Assembly (NCBI RefSeq): GCF_006345805.1
Contig: NW_021823778.1
Coordinates: 1 to 21,077, forward strand
Direction of reading: 5' to 3'
Source: Octopus sinensis
Taxonomy: Eukaryota
DNA: 21,077 nt
Shown here piece by piece: positions 1 through 8,085 of the stretch (the stretch's first letter is position 1; each line of letters starts with the position of its first letter). The notes under the pieces were generated by a model. It was not told where the DNA came from, ran no database searches, and saw only the letters and a program-made list of their open reading frames with translations. Made by a program: the position numbers and the translations under genes.

Positions 1-302
1 GTGTGTGGGTGTGTGTGTGTGTGTTATGTTTGTGGTCTGTGTTTGTCCCCCTAGCATTGCTTGACAACCGATGCTGGTGTGTTTACGTCCCCGTCACTTA
101 GCGGTTCGGCAAAAGAGACCGATAGAATAAGTACTGGGCTTACAAAGAATAAATCCCGGGGGTCGATTTGCTCGACTAAAAAGGTGGTGCTCCAGCATGG
201 CCGCAGTCAAATGACTGAAACAAGTAAAAGAGTAAAAGAGTAAGGTGATGCTCCAGCATGGCCGCAGTCAAATGACTGAAACAAGTAAAAGAGTAAAAGA
301 GA
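1..302 (+). mobile_element. 3' half of a long modular SINE (family B), cut by the window edge, with a tandem duplication of its last ~60 bp
   Basis: Same sequence as 18890-19099 and the reverse complement of 2834-3020; ggtg(g/a)tgctccagcatggccgcagtcaaatgactgaaacaagtaaaagagtaaaagag occurs at ~183-240 and ~243-302. Confidence 0.8.
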
Positions 303-482
303 GTTCTTGAATATATTTGTTTTGTATTGTTTTTGTTTACTTTTTTTGTTTTTTGTCTGTTTTGTTTATTAGGGAACTTATGAACTTTTACATGATTAAC
401 AAATTCTCCAAAGTTCATCTTCGAAAAGTGCCAGATGCTGGTTTGTCGGAGGATATTTTCTAATTTTAAAAATATGCTGTAA

Positions 483-752
483 TTTATCACCCGCTATGGT
501 GTTATTATGAGCTTCCTCTGTTTTTTCCCCTTATAAGTAAGCCTTCCATCTCATACAATGTAGGAAAGAATTTCTTTTAGATATTAGTTCCTTTATATAT
601 TCTTTCTTAAGTAGGAGTGGAATGTCCTTTAAGGATGCTTCAATGCTTATCTTCTCCATGTTCTGGTAAATTGTTTTGTCAGCTCGTCGAAGAACGATAA
701 ATTTTTGTATTGCTAAGTTATTAGGGATTTTTCCAAACGTTTACCGTTTTAC
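483..752 (-). mobile_element. Partial copy (C) of a decayed Penelope-like element
   Basis: Aligns in the same orientation with 1521-1788. Confidence 0.7.
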
Positions 753-783
753 TCACAGTTTTACTCACAGTTTTTAATATAAA

Positions 784-1788
784 TAATAAGGACTATGATG
801 AAGTAGTACTTCATGAATTTCAATTTACAGTTTGATTTAAATACAGCTTAATATCGGCCTACATATGTTTCCATTGCCTCGGATAGTAACCTATTTCTTG
901 TTTCTTTACTGCCCACAAGGGGCTAAACACAGAGGGGACAAACAAGGACAGACAAACGGATCAAGTTGATTATATCGACTCCAGTGCGTAACTGGTACTT
1001 ATTTAATCGACCCCGAAAGGATGAAAGGCAAAGTCGACCTCGGCGGAATTTGAACTCAGAACGTAGCGGCAGACGAAATACTGCTACGCATTTCACCCGG
1101 CGTGCTAACGTTTCTGCCAGCTCTCTGCATTTGCAACTTTGCTATAATACCGGTGTAGTTTCGTTAGGCTCTTCACTAGTATCCTTTCAGATTGAACTGG
1201 TTAAAGTTTAAGTTGATTTTAGTATTGCGTTTAACGTTAATTCCGACGCGAACTTTATTTTGATTTCCAAGTATTAATTGGATAATCACTTGTTTGTTTC
1301 ATAGAATCAATTAATTCAAGATATTTCGTCATATCATGGTTGTTTGGTTATTTATAACATATTTAAATTGTTTAAAGGTTGATTTTTTTCAAATGCAAGC
1401 ATCGTAAATATTGTTCTCGCCTAGAATTCATTATATTACACTATGATGTAAAAATATGGTGAAATTCTTCTATACATAATGCGCATTTATTTGTCCCTGA
1501 TCTATAAGGTTTAGCGATACTTTATCACCCATTATGGTGTTATTATGAGCTTCCACTGTTTTTCTCATAGATCAAGCCTTCCATCTCATACGATGTATGA
1601 AAGAATTTCTTTCAGATATTGGGTCCTTTATATATTCTTTCTTAAGTGGGAGTGGAATGTCCTTTAAGGGTGCTTCAATGCTTATCTTCCCCATGTTCTG
1701 GTAAATCGTTTTGTTAGCTCGTTGAAGAACGATAAATTTTTATATTGGTAAATTATTAGGGATTTCTCAAAACGTTTACCGTTTTACC
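784..1788 (-). mobile_element. Decayed Penelope-like element copy A (GIY-YIG C-terminal remnant), interrupted by a SINE
   Basis: Minus-strand translation of ~1512-1377 gives KPYRSGTNKCALCIEEFHHIFTS*CNIMNSRREQYLRCLHLKK, resembling the PYxxGxxxCxLCxxE...NxRxE...CxH tail of GIY-YIG endonucleases in invertebrate Penelope-like elements (family assignment from recall). Confidence 0.65.
893..1123 (-). mobile_element. tRNA-derived SINE, family A, near full length
   Basis: Reverse complement begins gagctggcagaaacgttagcacgccgg (A-box-like), contains B box gagttcaaattcc and ends in an aaagaaacaagaaat tail; same family as the 15585-17085 array. Confidence 0.85.
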
Positions 1789-1842
1789 ATTTACCAGCAC
1801 AATAATCTCTGCAATTGTTCAAATCAAAACTCATGTTCTGTT

Positions 1843-2737
1843 AAGCATCCTTAAAGAACGTTCCACTCCCATCTAAGAAAGAATATATAAAGGACCCAAT
1901 ATCTAAAAGAAACTCTTTCATACACCGTATGAGATGGAAGGCTTGCTTCTATGATAAAAACAGAGGAAGCTCATAATAACACCATAATGGATAATAGAGT
2001 ATCGCTAAACCAAATAGATCAGGGACAAATAAATGCGAATTATGTATAGAAGAATTTTACCATATTTTTACATCATAGTATAATATAATGAATTCTAGAC
2101 TAGAGCAATATTTAGCAGAAAAGTCAGCACACCGGGCGAAATGCATGGCAGTATTTCGTCTGCCGTTACGTTCTGAGTTCAAATTCCGCCGAGGTCGACT
2201 TAGCCTTTCATCCTTTCGGGGTCGATTAAACAAGTACCAGTTACGCACTGGGGTCGATGTAATCGACTCAATCCCTTTGTCTGTCCTTGTTTGTCCTCTC
2301 TATGTTTAGCCCCTTGTGGGCAGTAAAGAAATAAGAACAATATTTACGATGCTTGCATTTGAAAAAGATGGACCTTTAAATAACCAAAGAACCATAATAT
2401 CACGAAATATTTTAAATTAACTGATTTTATGAAACAAACATGAGATTATCCAATTAATACTTGGAAGTCAAAATAAAATTCGCGTCGGATATTAACGTTA
2501 AACGCAACTTCATTCAACGCAATACTAAAATTAACTTAAAACTCTAACCAGTTCAAACTGAAAGAACACTACAGTGAAGTCCCAGAAGAAACTACAGTGG
2601 TATTATAGCAAAGTTGCAAATGCAACGGCTACAAACCGAGGCAGTAGAAACATATGTCGGCCGATATTAAACTGTGTTTAAATCAAAATGTAAATTAAAA
2701 TTCATGAAGTACTACTTCATCATAATCCTTATTATTA
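1843..2737 (+). mobile_element. Decayed Penelope-like element copy B, inverted relative to copy A, interrupted by a SINE
   Basis: Reverse-complement match to 784-1675. After removing the SINE, 2007-2114 + 2347-2377 reads KPNRSGTNKCELCIEEFYHIFTS*YNIMNSRLEQYL-RCLHLKKMDL. Confidence 0.65.
2115..2337 (+). mobile_element. tRNA-derived SINE, family A, with a 9-bp target-site duplication
   Basis: B box gagttcaaattcc; flanked by caatattta at 2106-2114 and 2338-2346. Confidence 0.88.
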
Positions 2738-2784
2738 TTATTATTATTTATATATGTGTGTGTATGTATTGTGTGCGCGCGTGC

Positions 2785-2826
<42 letters not shown>

Positions 2827-2833
2827 TATATAT

Positions 2834-3222
2834 ACTCTTTTACTTGTTTCAGTCATTTGACTGCGGCCATGCTGGAGCACCACCTTTAGTCGAGTGAATC
2901 GACCCCAGGACTTATTCTTTGTAAACCTAGTACTTATTCTATTAGGCTCTTGTGCCGAACCGCTAAGTTACGGGGACGTAAATACACCAACATTGGTTGT
3001 CAAGCGAAGCTGGGGGCGACAAATACAGACACACAAACATATACACACACATACACATATATACGACGGGCTTCTTTCAGGTTCCGTCTACAAAATCCAC
3101 TCACAAGGCTTTGGTCGGCCCGAGGCTATAGTAGAAGACACTTGCCCAAGGTGCCACGCAGTAGGACTGAACCTGGAACCATGTAGTTCGTAAGCAAGCT
3201 ACTTACCATACAGCCACTGTCC
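2834..3222 (-). mobile_element. Full-length modular SINE, family B (tRNA-like head, CORE-like segment, microsatellite linker, 3' module)
   Basis: Reverse complement of 18687-19099. Head has tggctgtatggtaag (A-box-like) and ggttcagtcc (B-box-like), then gtggcaccttgggcaagtgtctt, resembling the CORE-SINE motif gaccttgggcaagtca. Confidence 0.82.
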
Positions 3223-3254
3223 AACACCTATAAAAGAGGTGAAAATTACAACAG

Positions 3255-3384
3255 GGTCCACTACATTCCCCTGCCGGAGCCTCGTGGAGCTTTAGGTGTT
3301 TTCGCTCAATAAAGGATCACAACACCTGGTCTGGGATTCGAAACCGCGAGTCCGCTGCCCTAACTACTGGGCCATTGCGCCTCC
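3255..3384 (-). mobile_element. tRNA-derived SINE, family C (5' part)
   Basis: Reverse complement begins ggaggcgcaatggcccagtagttagggcagcggactcgcggtttcgaatccc with A box tggcccagtagttag and B box gtttcgaatcc. The 3' boundary is approximate. Confidence 0.7.
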
Positions 3385-3426
3385 ACTATATACATATATA
3401 TGTTATGTGTTTCAATTTTCTTGCAG

Positions 3427-3571
3427 CGCCACCAACGTTTACAAGAAGCTGACCAAGCTACATGGTGGGAAACTTTCAGCAAATTAACAAAAATTATCCG
3501 TAAAGCCGCTCAGGTGTTGTTTGTGACGAAGAAAATCGACCGGGAACAAATGCACAACTTTTTTATGTCAG
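3427..3571 (+). CDS. NWD2: Internal coding exon of the NACHT-WD40 (NWD1/NWD2-like) gene; not in the ORF track
   Basis: Acceptor ttttcttgcAG at 3425-3426, donor GTtagt at 3572. The 145 nt give 48 stop-free codons (RHQRLQEADQATWWETFSKLTKIIRKAAQVLFVTKKIDREQMHNFFMS) plus a G that completes GTG with the next exon, giving FFMS-VTEREV, which I recall as typical of NWD-family N-terminal regions. NWD1 vs NWD2 orthology is not resolvable here. Confidence 0.9.
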
Positions 3572-3783
3572 GTTAGTGGCCCTTTAACAAGGATTCATCT
3601 CGTTGCATCTTCATCTTCTTTCCTTTAAAAACTTTACGTAACAAACCCTTTTACATGGAGTCCAAATATGTTCATATATATATAAATATATAAATTTATA
3701 TATATAGATATGTATAAATACATACATAAATACTTACATGCATACATGCATGCGTACATTCTCTCTCTCCCTCTCCCTCTCAT

Positions 3784-3815
<32 letters not shown>

Positions 3816-4011
3816 ATACAAATAAGAAAACGGAGAAACAAATTAGTTTGTTCATCAACTTTCGGATATTAGAATGTTGGATTATTTATTCATTTAACAA
3901 AATGAGAATATCAATAGCATGCAATTATATCTTATAATTCAATACATATAAGATATAAGATAAGAATACAAATTATAAAAGTCATAATGTGAATTATTGA
4001 AATCATTAAAA

Positions 4012-4153
4012 TCACTTCTTACAGCTGTTTCAGCCTATGGCTAAAAGTAGATAATTTTATTTTCATTGCCTATAGTTGTCAACATACTGAGGTTGTAGGC
4101 ATTTAAAAATAGAGTATTTATATAAATAACCATAGGCCTCGTCAGAGGTTATA
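4012..4153 (-). ncRNA. Type I hammerhead ribozyme motif, probably decayed; intronic and antisense to the host gene
   Basis: Minus strand reads CUGACGA (4145-4139), a 12-bp stem II GGCCUAUGGUUA/UAGCCAUAGGCU around an 83-nt loop, GAAA (4031-4028), minimal stem III with palindromic CAGCUG, and cleavage triplet GUA (4022-4020). Stem I has only 2 Watson-Crick pairs next to the core. Confidence 0.7.
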
Positions 4154-4302
4154 AGGAACAAAAAAATAAAATCAACATTAATACATTAAACATGATACAC
4201 GTTTGATCTCACTATGCTATCCCGTAGTGGGTTACACCCATAACCCCTATCTTACTTTGTGTATATATATATATATATATAATATATATATATTATATAT
4301 AT

Positions 4303-4347
<45 letters not shown>

Positions 4348-4436
4348 CAACAATTGAGGGCAAAATTAATTAATTATTAATCAATTTCACCAAGTGTTCA
4401 GTATGCAAAGGACCATTCAAGGCGAATTCAAATTAT

Positions 4437-4573
4437 TACATTATATAAAAGGGCTTAGTAAAATAAATTACTTTGCCGCATACTGAACTCATTATTTCTA
4501 ATGAGTTCAGCTGCTATTTCTAATGAGTTCAGTATGCGGCAAAGTAATTTATTTTACTAAGCCCTTTTATATA

Positions 4574-4578
<5 letters not shown>
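4437..4578. repeat. Perfect 58-bp inverted repeat with a 26-bp spacer
   Basis: 4437-4494 is the exact reverse complement of 4521-4578 (checked base by base). Confidence 0.95.
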
Positions 4579-4620
<42 letters not shown>

Positions 4621-4623
<3 letters not shown>

Positions 4624-4716
4624 TTACCATCATATCTTTTATTTTCACATTGCATACCTAGAACCACATTATTTAATAATCCCATCATTGCTACTGCCGT
4701 TGTTCTTGTTGCTGTA
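4621..4716 (+). repeat. ~95-bp dispersed element, copy 1
   Basis: High similarity to 7833-7926 (acattgcatacctagaaccac...gctactgccgttgttctt...gttgctgta). Confidence 0.8.
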
Positions 4717-4778
4717 CACACATACATACATACATACATTCATACATACATACATACATACATACATACATAGATACA

Positions 4779-4812
<34 letters not shown>

Positions 4813-4902
4813 CATACATACATACATACACACATACATACATACATACATACATACATACATACATACATACAAACATACATACATACATACATACATT
4901 CA

Positions 4903-4936
<34 letters not shown>

Positions 4937-5103
4937 CATACATACATACATACAAACATACATACATACATACATACATACATACATACATACATACATT
5001 CATACATACATTCATACATAGATACATACATACATACATACATAGATACATACATTACATACATACATACATAGATACATACATACATACATATATACAT
5101 ACA

Positions 5104-5134
<31 letters not shown>

Positions 5135-5189
5135 CATACATACATACATACATACATTACATACATACATACATACATATATACATACA

Positions 5190-5220
<31 letters not shown>

Positions 5221-5242
5221 CATACATACATACATACATACA

Positions 5243-5276
<34 letters not shown>

Positions 5277-5436
5277 CATACATTCACACATACATACATA
5301 TATACATACATACATACATTACATACATACATACATACATATATACATACATTACATACATACATACAAACATACATACATACATACATACATACATACA
5401 TACATTCATACATACATACATACATACATACATACA

Positions 5437-5470
<34 letters not shown>

Positions 5471-5798
5471 CATACATACATACATACAAACATACATACA
5501 TACATACATAGATACATACATACATACATACATACATACATACATACATACATACATACATTCATACATACATTCATACATAGATACATACATACATACA
5601 TACATACATACATAGATACATACATCATACATACATACATACATAGATACATACATTACATACATACATACATACATAGATACATACATACATACATACA
5701 TATATACATACATTACATACATACATACATACATACATGCATACATACATACATACATACATACATTACATACATACATACATACATATATACATACA

Positions 5799-5829
<31 letters not shown>

Positions 5830-6300
5830 CATACATACATACATACATACATACATACATACATACATTCATACATACATACATACATATATACATACAT
5901 ACATACATTACATACATACATACATACATATATACATACATTACATACATACATACAAACATACATACATACATACATATATACATACATACATACATAC
6001 ATACATACATACATACATTCATACATACATACATACATACATACATACATACATAGATACATACATACATACATACATATATACATACATACATACATAC
6101 ATACATACATACATACATACATACATACATACATACATAGATACATACATACATACATACATACATACATACATACATACATTGATACATACATACATAC
6201 ATATATACATACACATACTTACATACATACATACATACATACATACAAACATACATACATACATACATACATACATACATACATACATACATACATACAC
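4717..6300. repeat. ~1.58-kb (CATA)n tetranucleotide array with recurrent variant units
   Basis: Directly visible; source of all the MYVC/HTYI ORFs. Confidence 0.97.
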
Positions 6301-6418
6301 TAGCAGTATAACCCGTTGTATAAATGTTGGTAAGCACTTTATCCGGCGCACTAACGATCCTTTTACTTCAGTGTTTGTTCTACCTGAATTAGGAAATATT
6401 ATTTCTATTGTGAAACAG

Positions 6419-6641
6419 TGACGGAACGTGAGGTGATCCGAGGTATTTTGAAGGCCCCTAATGTTGAAGATCACTGCCTGGCTTATGTGAGGGAGATCAG
6501 TAACATCAACGTTACCTTGCTACGGTTTGCTAGCAAGTTCATAGATTTTGCGGCCCGAAATGTCGACAATGAGGCCCAAAAACTTCTCAAAGCCCTCCGC
6601 GAGAAGTTACCAAAGAAACTCCCAGAATGCAACATAGCACG
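6419..6641 (+). CDS. NWD2: Coding exon of the NWD1/NWD2-like gene
   Basis: Acceptor gaaacAG at 6417-6418, donor GTaaga at 6642; 223 nt, phase 1 to phase 2; (V)TEREVIRGILKAPNVEDHCLAYVREI...PECNIA(R). Matches ORF 6418..6645. Confidence 0.92.
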
Positions 6642-6659
6642 GTAAGAGATCGTCTTTAA

Positions 6660-6843
6660 ATCTGTCTTTCTCTCTTTCTCCCTCTTTCTTTCTCTCTCTT
6701 TTTCTCTCGTTCTTTTCCTCTCTCTTTCTCCCTCTCTTTCTCCCTCTCTTTTTCTCTCTCTTTCTTTCTCTCTCTTCTTCTCTCACGTTCTCTCGCTCTC
6801 TCTTCCTTTCTCATTCTTTCTTTCTTTCTTCATCTCTCTCTCT

Positions 6844-6887
<44 letters not shown>

Positions 6888-7130
6888 ATCACCTAATGCA
6901 TCTTTTTCTTACTCATTGTTATTCTCTTTCCCGTTTACCTTTTCCCCCTATCTCTCCCCTCAACCTCTCCCCCCTCTATCTCTCCCCCTCTATCTCTCCC
7001 CCTCCCTCTCTCTCTGTTATTCTCTCACTTCTCCTCCGTCTCTGAATCTCCCTCATTGTCTCATTGTCTCTCTTTCTTTCTCTCTTTCTTCCTCATATTC
7101 CTCCTCTCTCACTTTCCGCTCTCGTCCTGA
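6660..7130. repeat. CT-rich polypyrimidine/(TC)n tract filling most of the 495-bp intron
   Basis: Directly visible. Confidence 0.9.
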
Positions 7131-7136
7131 CCCCAG

Positions 7137-7467
7137 GTTCACCGTGGAATGGAGCGGACAAGAAGGAATCGATTCGGAAACCCACAGGGATTACCTGGAA
7201 GAATTCTGCAACCATTTCTACCGTTCTGTCACTGGTCAGGTGACCGCAGCCATGGAACGCCAAGAGAAACTCTCAAACGACATAATTTACTCAGAAACTT
7301 TGCAGCATCTTCACGCTTGTCAACAGTTCTGTAGAATGTTCCAAGGACGAGAAGAGGTTGTAGAAAGGGTCCACCAATACGTGGTGGGCAAAAGTGACCA
7401 ACCGTTCGTCATGTTTGGCCAGAGCGGATGCGGCAAGACATCCCTCATGGCAAAAAGCGCCAGTCAG
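7137..7467 (+). CDS. NWD2: Coding exon carrying the NTPase Walker A motif
   Basis: Acceptor ccccAG at 7135-7136 after a long pyrimidine tract, donor GTaaac at 7468; 331 nt; (R)FTVEWSG...FGQSGCGKTSLMAKSASQ with Walker A GQSGCGKT. Confidence 0.93.
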
Positions 7468-7786
7468 GTAAACATGGAGTCTTTTTATTCCTGTTTCTTT
7501 TTGCTTAATTCTACCGGCTTTTCTTTCGTGTTTCGCCCCAAGCCAATCCCTGAGCACATCATCCAACAAACCAATGAACAAGGACCTGCCTGTTCTTGTT
7601 TCGTATTTAACCTCAGATCAGTCCCTTTACAGAGTTTGAGACATTTTGTCGCAGCCGTTTTGGCGCCGCTAGTTTGGCGTTGCTGATTCAACGCTTGACA
7701 TCGGGCATTTTAAAGTTTCTCTCGTTTTCTCCCACTGATCCTCTTTTTGTCCCCCAATTTTCTATTTTTCTCCTTCTCTCTCCCCA

Positions 7787-7823
<37 letters not shown>

Positions 7824-7832
7824 ATATCTCTT

Positions 7833-7926
7833 TCGTTACCTGTCTTTTACCTGACATTGCATACCTAGAACCACCTTATTTAATACTCCCACCATCGCTA
7901 CTGCCGTTGTTCTTCTTGTTGCTGTA
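7833..7926 (+). repeat. ~95-bp dispersed element, copy 2
   Basis: High similarity to 4621-4716. Confidence 0.8.
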
Positions 7927-8085
7927 AGCTCCAGGTCACATGATGTCAAATTTGGCTCATATTTGTCCACTTAACCCATCTACCAGTTCTAACGTATGTT
8001 AATCTGTCTTAATCTCTTTTAGCGTGTCTTAATGTGTTAATACGTGTTAATCTGATCTAATCCGACTTCTCTTTTGTCTCTACAG

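Noticed and set aside
378-420. 9-bp stem hairpin atgaacttt/aaagttcat near gaaa
   Set aside because: Core spacing is wrong for a hammerhead on either strand; short AT-rich stems are expected by chance.
1148-1180. Possible second hammerhead in Penelope-like copy A (minus strand: gUGAAGAGccuaaCGAAAC...GUA)
   Set aside because: C3 is absent, stem I does not pair, and the equivalent site in copy B (~2570-2605) is further from the consensus. At most a relic; a family consensus would be needed.
4523-6474. Many long ORFs (up to 441 aa) of MYVC/HTYI repeats
   Set aside because: They are translations of the (CATA)n array, which lacks stops in several frames, and lie inside a well-supported intron.
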